DNA of 64,000 bases from Octopus vulgaris. Lineage: Eukaryota. Position numbers and translations under genes: made by a program. The notes beneath the pieces were generated by a model, which was not told where the DNA came from, made no database searches, and worked only from the letters and a program-made list of their open reading frames with translations. This document shows positions 12,440-28,935 of the stretch, piece after piece; the stretch's first letter is position 1; every line of letters begins with the position of its first letter. The stretch spans positions 24,552,001 through 24,616,000 of the forward strand of contig OX597827.1 of the NCBI GenBank assembly GCA_951406725.2. Reading direction: 5' to 3'.

Positions 12440-14071
12440 CAGTGGCGGCCAAAATGTTCAGAACGGCATTGATTTCATCAGAAAAGTAGATATAATTTTT
12501 TATCAAAGTTGTTTTATATTCTTTAATTTTCACAGACAATAAATACGATATTATTTGTTATTGCCTGAGATTTTGGTGTAATTTGAGAGGATAATACAAA
12601 AGTTATGGATGATTCAGTGATTTACTGCAAAACCCATGGCGGCCAAAATGATCAGAACAGTTGCTTTTACTCCATGTTTTAGTATATTTAACCGGCGAAC
12701 TCTAATGTTTTGAATTTGTTTACGTGACAGTTCGTTTACTAAACATTAGTAAGAATATTTGCAGTGTACTTTGTTAATATAATGCCACTTACTCCGTTAC
12801 CAATTCGTCAGCAGATTATTAAGCTTCGAAGGAAGGATAATTTAAGTATTGGATCTATTGCAAAGATTGTTAACATGTCAAAAAGTGTTGTACACGGTAT
12901 TCTTAAGGTCTACGATGATTGTGGTTCGTGTGAAGCAAGAAAGTTTACAGGTAGGCCAAGAAAAACGACCAAGAGAGAAGATCGTGCTATGGTAAAGTTG
13001 GTTAAAAAGGACAGATTTAAAACTGCTGCTGCTGTTTCTTGGAAAATGAGCATTGTATTGAAGAAAACTTTATCTCGAAAAACTGTCGCGTCGTTTAGTT
13101 GAACATGATCTATAAGCAAGAGTACCTGCAGTGAAGCCACTGATCAGATAGATCCAAGAATAAAAAGTGTCGTCTTACCTTTGCAACCAAACATGTATTG
13201 TGGTCTCAAGAAAAATGGCAAACGGTGCATTTCAGTGATGAATCTAAGTTTATGTTATTTGGTTCAGATGGGAAAAGGTACGTTCGTAGAAAAGTAGGTG
13301 AAAAATTGTCGCCTAAATGCCTTAAGACTCGTGTTAAATTCGGTGAAGGAAGTGTCATGGTTTGGGGGATGATATCTGGAGATGGTGTGGGCCCTTTGGT
13401 GCGATTACATGGAAAGGTAAATGCAGGAGTTTATAAACAACTTGTAAAAGATCATGTCTTGCCTGTGCTGAGAAATTCAACTAAGCGACCACCCATATTC
13501 ATGCAGGACAATGCCCCCATGTCACAAGGCTAAGGTGGTCATGAACTTCCTTAAGGCTGAAAAGGTTATTGTTATGGATTGGCTTGCTCAAAGCCCAGAT
13601 CTCAATCCTATTGAAAATGTATGGAATATTCTAGGAGAACGTTCGAAAGCCAGAAATCCTAAAACAACTGAGCAATTATGGAATGCCCTTCAGGAAGAAT
13701 GGAATAAGATCACCCAGCAAGAAATTGAAAATTTAATTTCCTCATGCAGTCAAAGATGTCAGAGTGTGATTGAAGCTAAAGGGCTTCACACTAAATATTA
13801 AATAATTCCAGTATTCTCTGTCATTTTTGATTATTTTGTTATTTTTTCAGCCGTTCTGATCATTTTGGCCGCCATGGGTTTTGCAGTAAATCACTAAATC
13901 ATCCATAACTTTTGTATTATCCACTCAAATTACACTAAAATCTCAGACAATAACAATTAATATTTTATTTATTGTCTGTGAAAATTATAGAATATAAAAC
14001 AACTTTGATAAAAATTTATACTTACTTTTCTGACGAAAACAATGCCGTTCTGAACATTTTGGCCGCAACTG
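12440..14071 (+). mobile_element. Full-length Tc1 (DD34E) element with long IR/DR termini
   Basis: ~220-bp terminal inverted repeats starting CAGTGGCGGCCAAAATGTTCAGAAC, each with an inner direct repeat GGCGGCCAAAATGATCAGAAC (~12638, ~13853); TA flanks. Confidence 0.95.
12782..13801 (+). pseudogene. Tc1 transposase, frameshifted
   Basis: GRPRKTT, FSDESKF, VMVWG, FMQDNAP, SPDLNPIENVW and GLHTKY* are split across ORFs 12764-13102, 13198-13533 and 13511-13801. Confidence 0.92.
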
Positions 14072-14476
14072 TATGTATGCATATATATATGTATATGCAT
14101 ATCTATCTATCTATCTATCTATATACATACACACACATACACATATTTCACTTTTGTACTTTGCAAGATTCTTGATGTGAACTCATGTGTTGAAATAGAT
14201 TTTGTTGCGTCTTGGAAGAAGCATTACGGCAATAACAAACTTGCACCACACTGAGCATAATGACCCTGCCAAGGTACAGCAACATATAAGAAATATACAT
14301 AAATGCATATGTACATATATATGTTTATATATATGCAATATATATAAACTTATATATATATACATATATGTATATATATACATAAATACATATATTATAT
14401 ATATATATATATACATATATTATATACATATGTAATATATATAAACATATATATATATATACATATATGTATATAT

Positions 14477-14523
<47 letters not shown>

Positions 14524-14546
14524 TATTATATACATATATTATATAC

Positions 14547-14592
<46 letters not shown>

Positions 14593-14594
<2 letters not shown>

Positions 14595-14940
14595 GGGTGC
14601 AGTGAATAAACTGCTGTTTAAATTACGCAAAAATGAAAATAACATTGACCTCTCATCTTAACAGATATATTTACCAAAATTACATAAAAATATCTTGAAA
14701 TACTAAAGAGTAAATTTATTCAATAAAATCGCCTTTGGTTCCAACCACAGCCTCCAGACGACTACAGAATTTCCTGCAAATCTTCTGGGCGGTTTAAGTT
14801 GGTGAATGCTGTCATATTCCTTGCCTTGAGATCATCTTTTGTGTTAGAAGCACTGTTGTTGGTCTCTCACTCAACTGCACCCCACACAAAAATCAAAGGG
14901 GTTGCAGTCTGGAGAGTTAGGTGGCCAGATGTTAGGACTT
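14593..14940 (-). mobile_element. Tc1/mariner (maT/DD37D-like) 3' remnant
   Basis: Minus strand NIWPPNSPDCNPFDF; CAGGGTG terminus at 14593. Confidence 0.55.
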
Positions 14941-15149
14941 AGGTATATTAGACTTTACAACACTTTAAAAACTTTATAAGAAGTGTTCAAAGTGTCATCC
15001 TTCATTTTCAATACATAAGTTGACTCTTTTACACATATTTTGAAATACATCTTTTAGCGAGTCTGACACGGTATAGACCATGTGAATGCAGAGAGACTTT
15101 TTGAACACCCTATATATATATATATATATATATACATGGGTTCGGCTAC

Positions 15150-15192
15150 TCCACATTGATAAGGGGCAAATACCCCGAAACTAGTCTGTGGA
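15150..15192 (+). ncRNA. Minimal type I hammerhead motif with decayed core
   Basis: TCCACA-TTGATAA-GGGG-CAAATA-CCCC-GAAAC-TA-GTC-TGTGGA: perfect 6-bp stem I, 4-bp stem II, palindromic stem III, GUC site. Confidence 0.65.
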
Positions 15193-15748
15193 TGTTGAAT
15201 CACCAATAGGAAGCTGATGACCTCCCCTGTTCGAAGGTTGTAATGGACACAAGTTTGTGTGTCACATAGCCAGCTATAGGTGAGACCTCTTGGCGCTAAT
15301 CAATGGTAGCATTCATCCTATTTTTCTGGACTGCCATGTTAGCTTTGTGATTCACGCCAATATATTTATGTATCTATATGTGTGTGTCTATGTGTCTGCT
15401 GTGTTTGTCCTCTGCGATCACTTGACAACTGATGGTAATGTGTTTACATCCTGGTCACTTAATGGTTTGATAAAATAAGTGCTGGGGTTGATTTGTTCAG
15501 CTAAAAATTCTGCAAGGCAGTACCCCAGCATGGCCACAGTCTAATAACTGAAACAGGATAAAAAGATGAAAGAGAAAAGATAAGACAACATTGAGGCCTG
15601 GTTGTGTGGTAAGAAGTTTGCTTCCCAACCACATGGTTCTAGGCTCAGTTCCACTGCATGGCACTTTGGGCAAGTGTCTTTTACTATAGCCTTAGGCCAA
15701 CCAAGCCTTGTGAGTGGAGATGGTAGACAGAAACTGAAAGAAGTCTGT

Positions 15749-15797
<49 letters not shown>

Positions 15798-16000
15798 TCA
15801 TCATCATCTATTTTCCATGCTGGTATGGGTTGGACGGATATATATATAACCAGCCGAAATTGCAAAGATAATCTGGAACTCAACTGAGGAAAGAAAACTC
15901 CGAATGACTCGTTATTGTTTCCTTGTATCATCTTGTATCACATGTTTTGTGTTCTCCCATTTTTGTATTTCATATATATATATATGAGTATGTGTGCATG

Positions 16001-16032
<32 letters not shown>

Positions 16033-18159
16033 GACATATATGTATGTATTTTTGTGTGTGTGTGTCTGTGTTTGACCCCCCCCCCCATCACTTGACAATT
16101 GATACTGGTGTGTTTACATACCCATAACTTAGAGGTTCGGCAAAAGAGATTGATAGAATAAGTACTAGGCTTACAAAGAATAAGTCCTGGGCTTGATTTC
16201 TTTGACTAAAACCCTTTAAGACAGTGCTCCAGCATGGCCGCAGTCAAATGACTGAAACAAGTACAAGAAAGAGTACGCAGCACCGTACATTAGTGTTGGG
16301 TCAACTAAGTACAGTTGACAAGCAGGAAGCAGTACAGAGCCAAAAGTACTTAAAATTCTATGTTTGTCACTCACCAAAACAAGGATATATCAAGAACTGC
16401 ACTAACTTCAGAACCGACAGAGTGTCAGTTGATAGTTCACATCCGTAATTGAAAGACAAAGCAAACTGCTTTCCATTAGAGTTGATGCCATGTCTGCTAC
16501 CAAAGTAAGCATTCTCTATGAGTTTGTCAAACATGTAGACACAAAACTGGAGTAGAAACTTGAAAACAATCACTGAGAAATGCTTTGATGGTACAGAGAA
16601 TATGAGCATTTCTTGTTGAGTTTGGTCACAAGAATAAAAAGAAGCATTCTCTATTGGCCGTCTTTGACTGTTGAACATCTTCTAAACCTTGCTTTCTAAC
16701 ATATAACAAGTACTAAACTGTTCTTCAATTCCTTTGGAACTATTCCAAGCCACTATGGCTTTATAGAGACTAACCTCAAATGACTGGCATTCTTTGAAAG
16801 CCTTATTTTTAACAGAATAAATCTCACAGGCATTTGTATATCAAAGGGTAACAGGGTGGTGTTGTAGATATCTTTCACTTGTTTCAGTCATTTGACTGCG
16901 GCCATGCTGGGGCACGGCCTTGAAAGGTTTTAGTTGAAGAAATCGACCCCCAGGACATTTTTTAAAGCCTGGTACTTATTTTATCAGTCTCTTTTCTTGA
17001 ACTGCTACGTTATGGGGATGTAAACACACCAACATCGGTTGTCAAGTGGTGGTGGGTGACAAACACAAGCACAAAGTTGCACACACATAGATATATACGG
17101 CATGATGAAAGCACCATTCAAGCGTGATCGTTACCAGCGTTGTCTTACTGGCACTTGTGCTAGTGGCACATGAAAAAACATTCGAGCAAGGTCGTTGCCA
17201 GTGCCGCTGGACTGGCTCCTGTGCAGGTGACACGTAAAAAACACCTTTGAGCATGGCCGTTGCCATGAAAAACTAAAATCCACTGTAGTCCATTATAAAA
17301 TGAATGCTTCATTTGACAAAAGATCGAGACAGAAACAGAAAGAGAGAGCAAGGCATTGTCAAATGGTGGTTTCTTAATGTGATCCACTGAAAACAATTCT
17401 GTGAAACATAAAAAGTCTCAGTAAATATCTTCAAGGAAATGACGAACATGTTATCATAACAAGAGGAACAGTTAAAACCCTCAAAGAAACCTGTGTTTAC
17501 TAAAGAAATAAAGAAAACTTTGAAAGAATTTGGAAAAACACTGCAAAGTTGAGAGAAACTATAAAGGAAGTCATTCGATGCAAATGGTTCCCCTTCAAAG
17601 AAATAAGGCTGTCTCAAAGAAAAAAGGTAAAAAGATGACTTGCTGGTAGATGATGAAAAAATTTTGCTTTGGATGTATTTTTTGCAAGAACGGGGCTCTG
17701 TTTTACACAGTTCAACAGGTTTTCAGTCAGTGAAATATGTTCTCAAAGGAAATTTCATTGCAGACCCACACAAGTGAATGAGTGAAAAACGAAATAGGAA
17801 TTTTGAAAGAAGTATCTATAAAACAAGGTTTTAAGTGTCGAATAACTGTGGGGTCCACCAGAATAAAATAGTAATCAAAAGGGCCCATTATTAAAAAATG
17901 ATTGAAACTATGCCTAGGTGCCAAATATTTTAGTGTGGATAAGGTCAATGTAGAAATGTTATCAAGGTAGGTGCAGGTATTACCATGTGGTTAGAAGCTT
18001 GTTTCTCAACCTCATGGTTCTTGGTTCAATTTCACTGTATGGCCCCTTGGGCAAGTGTCTTTTACTATAGCCTTGGGCTCACCAAAGCCTTGTGAGTGGA
18101 TTTGGTAGATGGAAACTGAAAAGAAGCCCATCATATATATATATCTCTTTCTCTTTTCT

Positions 18160-18577
18160 TTTCTCTTTTACTTGTTTCAGTCATTTGACTGCGGCCATGC
18201 TGGAGCACCGCCTTTAGTCGAGCAAATCGACCCCGGGACTTATTCTTTGTAAGCCCAGTACTTATTCTATCGGTCTCTTTTGCCGAACCGCTAAGTGACG
18301 AGGACGTAAACACACACCAGCATCGGTTGTCAAGCAAGGCTAGGGGGACAAACACAGACACACAAACACACACACACATACATATATATATATACATATA
18401 TATACATATATATACGACAGGCTTCTTTCAGTTTCCATCTACCAAATCCACTCACAAGGCATTGGTCGGCCCGGGGCTATAGCAGAAGACATTTGCCCAA
18501 GATGCCACGCAGTGGGATTGAACCCAGAACCATGTGGTTGGTTAGCAAGCTACTTACCACACAGCCACTCCTGCGCC
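18160..18577 (-). mobile_element. tRNA-derived SINE family A, young full-length copy
   Basis: CpG-retaining copy; further copies at ~11875-12090, 15385-15750, 16055-16270, 16870-17100, 17975-18130, 19125-19350, 26405-26805, 29925-30295, 32285-32500, 37450-37832, 45055-45432, 46225-46635. Confidence 0.85.
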
Positions 18578-18590
18578 TATATATATATAT

Positions 18591-18849
18591 ATTATTTACA
18601 TTTGATGGTTTATTTGTTCTCATCTTGTTTGTTGTTAACACAACGTTTCGGCTGATGCACCCTACAGCTTTCATCAGGTGTCTTGGGGAAATTTCGAACC
18701 TGGGTTCTCATTCTTAAGGTATTTTTCAAATGAGAACCCAGGTTCAAAATTTCCTAAAGACACCTGATGAAGGCTGGAGGGTATATCAGCCGAAATATTG
18801 TGTTAACAACAAATAAGATGACAATAAATATCCATCAAATGTAAATAAT
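18591..18849. mobile_element. Inverted-repeat element (~120-bp arms) with two hammerhead motifs; PLE pLTR-like
   Basis: Arms 18591-18711 and 18730-18849; GACAC-CTGATGA-A(A/G)GCTG..TCAGCC-GAAAC-GTT-GTGTT at 18637-18682(-) and a GAAAT-ATT variant at 18759-18804(+). Confidence 0.8.
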
Positions 18850-19399
18850 GTACATAATTCCTCATCTCTTAAATATAGAACTGTAATAAACACACACACA
18901 CACACACATATATATGTACATACATATATATATAAGCAGTTAATACCAAAATACTAAGAAGGAAAATTTTGCAGTGCACACAAAATTGCAGCAGAAACAT
19001 ATGTTGGTGTAGAGGTAGAAAGACATGATTGACAGCAGAATAAAACTGGATAAATCTCTGTTCTCCTTATTAATTATTTATTACACACACACACACACGC
19101 ACGCACGCGTGTGTGTGTGTGTGCGTTTGTGTCAGTGTATGTCCCCCACCACTGCTTGACAATCGAAGTTGGTGTGTTTACATCCCCGTAACTTAGCAGT
19201 TCAGTTAAAGTGACCAACAGGATAAGTACCAGGTTTTAAAAAAAAACCCCAGAAAATACAAGTTCTGGGGTCAATTCATTCGACTATAAATTCTTTAAGG
19301 TGGTGCCCAAGTATGGCCACAGTCTATTAACTGAAAGGAGCGAAAGATAAAAGATGAAAAAAAAACATATAATGGTAATTCCCAAGACATATTTCACAC

Positions 19400-19760
19400 A
19401 GTCAACCATATCATCGTCATTAATCCTGATATGTTTAATGATTCTGATAAGAATTAGGATCTTGTTGTATCCCATTATGGTGGTGATCTGGATCTTTTAA
19501 GGGCAGAAAAAGAAATCTGCTTAAAGTTGGTTATGAATTATAAGCATCGTTTGGGTTCACAGGCAACTGCAACTGGTGTTGTTGGAGCTGAATTGAAGAA
19601 CAATCCTCATGGCATCCTGCCAAGCTTTACCAAAACTGTTGATACCATTGCAACCATTCTCACTGCATTATATTGTGCAGGGCAATCCTTCAGTAACTTC
19701 CGGGGAGTATTATATTTGTTCAGCCATTGACAGGGATATTATGTGGAAGGACATTTTGAA
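19400..19760 (+). pseudogene. Possible hAT transposase C-terminal dimerisation-domain remnant
   Basis: ILPSFTKTVDTIATILTALYCAGQSFSNFRGVLYL resembles hAT P.L..L..ILATIP.TS..AERSFS.LR..KTYL; stops present. Confidence 0.4.
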
Positions 19761-20870
19761 TCAACCCCCAGCTCTTATTTTATCAAACCATTAAGCGACC
19801 AGGACGTAAACACACTATCATCGGTTGTCAAGTGATCGCAGAGGACAAACACAGCAGACACACAGACACACACATATAGATACATAAATATATATGTGCG
19901 TATTATGAGCAAGGAGATTATGTGGAACAAAAAGATGGGGCATAGTGTGTATAACTGTGGTCAATCATCTCAATAGATGCTTGGAAGGTTCTGCTGCAGG
20001 TCAGGCACCGGTGGTCTGTTGGGACAGAAGGCAAGGAGTTGGCTCTGGACTTGAGAAGTTTGAATTTTCTTTCTCTCCCTGCAATCCTGTCCTTTTCAAA
20101 GGAGACAGCACCTCTGCTGGTGCATCAGGCTAAATCTCAAAGCTTTTCAGTGAGGCTCTGAGTGTCTCCTCAAAGTGCCTTTTTATGAGGAGTAGGACAA
20201 GTCACACTCACATAAACAGTGTCGCAATGCAAAATAATGAGCAAAAGTGTGCCAACATGTCAGGCTGACCAAATAATTAATAACTTTATTGTTAAAGAAA
20301 CACACACAAAAAAAAAAAAAAAAAAAAACTCTTTTAACTTGCATAATTGGATGATTTGTGCCAATTATGAATCGTTAAATGATTAAAAAGTATTTTTTTA
20401 GTAAAAAGTTGGTATTTGCATTTTTATTGGTATAAAATGTGAGGCAAATCAACACTTCTGATCAACTCCTTAAATAATGGGGCCCACACAGCAATGTACA
20501 CACACACAAACACACACATGTATAATTGTGTATATGGTATAAAAAGAAATAGGTATTTGAAACTTATAACTGGTTGTGACTGTTTCCCTCAGTTATGAAA
20601 CAGAATTTTGAATGGATCAAAATTTTGATCTCTGAGGATAATGTAATAATACAGAGAAACAATCAAGCTTGTTGGAACTTTGGAAGAATATATATATATA
20701 TATATATATTAATAAAAGAATAGAACATATGCATATATATAAACATATATGTACGTACCTACCTCTACATGTACATATACACGCATATATGTGTACAGGA
20801 CACCAAAAAGACGTCGAACACATAGAGAGACGAAAAACATAGACACAAAATATATATATACATATATATA

Positions 20871-20920
<50 letters not shown>

Positions 20921-21547
20921 CATAAAGGTGGTGCTCTGGTATGGCCACAGTCAAATAACTGAAATTATATTTATGAATTCCTCTATTTTACATAATATCG
21001 AGGTCTCATTCATTCTTTTGCTGTCATATTATTATTAATTGTCGTCGTCATCAACATTTTTTAACGTCCACTTTCCATGCTGGCATGGGTTGGACGATTT
21101 AACTGAGGAATGGTGAACCAGATGGCTGCATCAGGCTCCAATCTTGATCTGGCAAAGTTTCTACAGCTGGATGCCCTTCCTAATGCCAACCACTGCAAGA
21201 GTGTAGTGGGTGCTTTTACGTACCACCGGCACGAAGGCCAGTCAAGCGGTACTGGCAATGGCCATGCTCAAATGATGTTTTTTACGTGCCACCTGCACAG
21301 GATCCAGTCCAGCAGCACTGGCAACAACCTCACTCAAATGTTTTTTCATGCGCCACTGGCACAAGTACCAGTAAGGCGAAGCTGGTAATGATCATGCTCA
21401 AATGGTGCTTTTTATGTGCCACCAGCATGGAAGCCAGTTAACCGCTCAGGCAATGATCACACTTAGATGGTGCTCTTGATTTTGATTTCACTTGCCTCAA
21501 CAGGTCTTCACAAGCAGAGTTTAGTGTCCAATGAAGGAATGGTACTA

Positions 21548-23951
<2,404 letters not shown>

Positions 23952-23952
23952 T

Positions 23953-24127
<175 letters not shown>

Positions 24128-24486
24128 GCGGCAAAGTAATTTATTTTACTAAGCCCTTTTATATAATGTAATAATTTGAATTCGCCTTAAATGGTCCCTT
24201 TGCATACTGAACACTTGGTGAAATTGATTAATAATTAATTAATTTTACCCTCAATTGTTGAAATTATAATTAATCTCCCTCTAATTAATGCTTCGGATTT
24301 TACCGAAATAAGCATAGTGTTTGATGATTTTAACCCACGCTGGTGGAAAGGGGAGAACAGAAATTCTTCGCTTGCTTATTTGAGTTTGTTGGCACTGTTA
24401 GTTACGAGCAGATCTTCGAAAGCGATGAGAAGCCGAAAGGGTATGTTCTTACTTTCAGTGTTTCCAAATCCAAACCAAGGAGTTTC

Positions 24487-24538
24487 TGAGCTGATGATAG
24501 AAGTGTCGTTTTGACTAATCTTGAAACGTACGTTCTCA
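24487..24538 (+). ncRNA. Minimal type I hammerhead motif (unit 1)
   Basis: TGAG-CTGATGA-TAGAAGTGTCGTTTTGACTAATCTT-GAAAC-GTAC-GTT-CTCA; CUGAUGA and GAAA boxes intact. Confidence 0.75.
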
Positions 24539-25048
24539 AATAACCTTAGCATTTGATTTTTTGATGTCCTTACCCCCAAACTTTTGTGAGTTGAATTAAG
24601 CAAACACTATATATGAGAGAGATTTTCTTTAAGTATTAGAAATAGCTTTAAAAAAGTTTTCTAGCTGCTATTTCTAATGAGTTCAGTATGCGGCAAAGTA
24701 ATTTATTTTACTAAGCCCTTTTATATAATGTAATAATTTGAATTCGCCTTAAATGGTCCCTTTGCATACTGAACACTTGGTGAAATTGATTAATAATTAA
24801 TTAATTTTACCCTCAATTGTTGAAATTATAATTAATCTCCCTCTAATTAATGCTTCGGATTTTACCGAAATAAGCATAGTGTTTGATGATTTTAACCCAC
24901 GCTGGTGGAAAGGGGAGAACAGAAATTCTTCGCTTGCTTATTTGAGTTTGTTGGCACTGTTAGTTACGAGCAGATCTTCGAAAGCGATGAGAAGCCGAAA
25001 GGGTATGTTCTTACTTTCAGTGTTTCCAAATCCAAACCAAGGAGTTTC

Positions 25049-25100
25049 TGAGCTGATGATAGAAGTGTCGTTTTGACTAATCTTGAAACGTACGTTCTCA
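25049..25100 (+). ncRNA. Minimal type I hammerhead motif (unit 2)
   Basis: Identical to 24487-24538, offset by 562 bp. Confidence 0.75.
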
Positions 25101-25290
25101 AATAACCTTAGCATTTGATTTTTTGATGTCCTTACCCCCAAACTTTTGTGAGTTGAATTAAGCAAACACTATATATGAGAGAGATTTTCTTTAAGTATTA
25201 GAAATAGCTTTAAAAAAGTTTTCTAGCTGCTATTTCTAATGAGTTCAGTATGCGGCAAAGTAATTTATTTTACTAAGCCCTTTTATATAA

Positions 25291-26291
<1,001 letters not shown>

Positions 26292-27011
26292 AATAAAAAT
26301 TCAGGATACAATATGTACCTGTTTGCTTGAAAGAGGAGTTAAAATCCTTCGAAACCACACATCTCTCACTATATGTAAACATGCATGGAGAATATTCTAT
26401 TTATTTCCTTTTCACTTGTTTCAGTCATTTGACTGTGGCCATGCTGGTGCACCGCCTTTAGTCGAAGAAATTGACCCTAGGACTTATTCTTTGTAAGCCT
26501 ACTACTTATTCTATCGTTCTCTTTTGCTGAACCACTAAGTTACAGGGATGTAAACACACCAGCATCGGTTGTCAAGCGATATTGGGGGACAAACACAGAC
26601 ACACACAAACACACACACACACACATATATATATACATGTATACGACGGGCTTCTTCCAGTTTCTGTCTACCAAATCCACTCACAAGGCTTTGGTCGGTT
26701 TGAGGCTATAGTAGAAGACACTTGCCCAAGGTGCCACAGTGCGACTGAACCCAGGACCATGTAGTTGGTAAGCAAGCAACTTACCACACAGCCACTCCTG
26801 TGCCTATATAGCAATATATTTCTCTGAAACAGTCGTCCCACTTGTAAAATGAATTTAGTAAAATACAAATAGAAGCATAGACATCCTAGTATCAACTGAT
26901 TTCACTTTTGGTGTTGAACCAACCCTTAAAGCTCGTGGGGAGGGTCATTCTCTTTTAGTGCCTTACTACTAAACACACTCACTGGTTCAGTTTCCACTCA
27001 TTTACTTATTT

Positions 27012-27342
27012 ATTGCAGCATAGAAGGTTGTTATAAACCATTTAAAAACACACAAAAACCGTTAGATTCATTTCAATACTTAAATTTAATCGGTGTCAAA
27101 ATATTTTCGTTGCTTTGAGACCGTGACCTGTTCACTGATAAAATTCCGTGCTGCATCTGAGAAAGACTTTCTGAGATGCAGTACGGATTTCCCAGATGTA
27201 GCATAAAATTTTGTCAGTGAACAAGTCGCAGTCTCAAAGCGATGAAGATATTTTGACACAAATTAAATTTAAATGTTGAAGTGAATCTAACGGTTTTTTT
27301 GTGTGTTTTTAAATGGTTTATAAACACCTTCCATGCTGCAAT
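27012..27342. mobile_element. Inverted-repeat element (~150-bp arms) with hammerhead-like fold and non-canonical core
   Basis: ATTGCAGCATAGAAGG.. and ..CCTTCCATGCTGCAAT arms; consensus TGTCA-GTGAACA(G/A)-GTCGC..GCGAC-GAAA-ATAT-TT-TGACA. Confidence 0.6.
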
Positions 27343-27807
27343 TGTTTTTGTTTCATCACACAATCTCAGATCAGGTTGCCTATTTAGTTTTTTCTATTTA
27401 TTTATTTTACATACATATATGCATGCACTCACGCACACACACACACCCAATTATTTAATTTGCTTTGCGGGAAGGACTGTTTCAACAAAGTCGCATCTTG
27501 TCCTTGCCTTCGAAACGTGGAGTAGATGAAACAAGGACAACTGATGAAGGGGAATATTCTTTATGTTGCATGTCTCGTTTCTGTTTTCTTTTTCGTTGTT
27601 CGAAAAAAGTTCGTTTTCTATGTTTTTGTTTTTATGTTTTCGTTTTGCATTGTGTTCAACGTTTTTTTGGTGTCCTGTACCCATATATGCATGTATATAT
27701 ACATATATATATGCAGGTATGTACATATATGTATGTATATATGCATATATTTATATATCATTTATATTATTATATGATCGAACGCCACACATCCTTTTCC
27801 AGGTAAG

Positions 27808-27841
<34 letters not shown>

Positions 27842-27906
27842 TGTATGTATGTATGTATGTATGTATGTACGTACGTATGTATGTATGTATGTATGTATGT
27901 ATGTGT

Positions 27907-28290
27907 GGAGGCGCAATGGCCCAGTGGTTAGGGCAGCGGACTCGCGGTCATAGGATCGCGGTTTCGATTCCCAGACCGGGCGTTGTGAGTGTTTATTGAG
28001 CGAAAACACCTACAGCTCCACGAGGCTCCGGCAGGGGATGGTGGTGATCCCTGCTGTACTCTTTCACCACAAACTTCTCTCACTCTTACTTCCTGTTTCT
28101 GTTGTACCTGTATTTCAAAGGGCAGCCTTGTCACTCTCTGTGTCACGCTGAATATCCCAGAGAACTACGTTAAGGGTACACGTGTCTGTGGAGTGCTCAG
28201 CCACTTACACGTTAATTTCACGAGCAGGCTGTTCCGTTGATTCGGATCAACCGGAACCCTCGTCGTCGTAACCGACGGAGTGCTTCCATT
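27907..28290 (+). mobile_element. tRNA-derived SINE family B, young copy
   Basis: A box TGGCCCAGTGG, B box GGTTTCGATTCCC, CpG-rich body, (TTCCA)n end; a decayed copy lies at ~60245-60380(-). Confidence 0.8.
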
Positions 28291-28487
28291 CCATTCCATG
28301 TATGCATGTATGATGTGTATGTATATATATATATATATAAAGATACACACACACATATATATATAAGATGGTGAGATGGTGTGAGGGGGTTGGTATGGCA
28401 CTGAGGTAGATCTGGCCATCTCCGTTAACGGGGGCAAAACCTGGATTTGAAACACTGGGTGATGATGATGATGATGATGATGATATA

Positions 28488-28532
<45 letters not shown>

Positions 28533-28610
28533 ATATATATATATATATATATATAACACACACACACACACACACACACATACATACATACATATATATA
28601 TGTGTATGGA

Positions 28611-28838
28611 AGGTGGTGAGCTGGCAGAAACGTTAGCACGCCAGGCGAAATGCGTAGCCGTATTTCGTCCGCCGTTACGTTCTGAGTTCAAATTCCGCCG
28701 AGGTTGACTTTGCCTTTCATCCTTTCGGGGTCGATAAATAAAGTACCAGTTACGCACTGGGGTCGATGTAATCGACTTAATCCCTTTGTCTGTCCTTGTT
28801 TGTACCCTCTATGTTTAGCCCCTTGTGGGCAGTAAAGA
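28611..28838 (+). mobile_element. SINE family C
   Basis: GGTGAGCTGGCAGAAACGTTAGC..GAGTTCAAATTCC..GACTTTGCCTTTCATCCTTTCGGGGTCGATAAA..AGTACCAG; other copies at ~42150-42300(+), 42865-43090(-), 43195-43320(+) and fragments at 29600-29910(-). Confidence 0.75.
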
Positions 28839-28887
28839 AATATATATATATGTGTATGTATGTATATATACACACATATATAAAGAC

Positions 28888-28935
<48 letters not shown>

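Noticed and set aside
16270-17960. Unique-looking stretches that might be transposase relics
   Set aside because: Only faint motif resemblance with many stops; cannot assign.
20622-20670. CTGAGGA..GAAAC motif; similar weak ones at ~15878-15920, 26325-26360 and 53570-53620
   Set aside because: Stems I/III or the core are too damaged to call; they could be fossils but are not supportable.
24418-24457. Second hammerhead-like motif in the 562-bp unit (GAAAG-CGATGA-GAAGCC-GAAA..CTTTC)
   Set aside because: Core lacks a nucleotide and stem II does not form.
24317-25165. Duplicated 65-aa and 75-aa ORFs
   Set aside because: Non-ATG starts, no motifs, duplicated only because of the tandem repeat.
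27495-27565. CTGATGA with a 9-bp helix TTGTCCTTG/CAAGGACAA (related motif at ~2100-2125 on the minus strand) as a hammerhead
   Set aside because: No GAAA box in the required position after stem II; the topology cannot be completed.
27907-27982. tRNA gene
   Set aside because: The tRNA-like head continues into a SINE body with a second decayed copy in the window; no clean cloverleaf.
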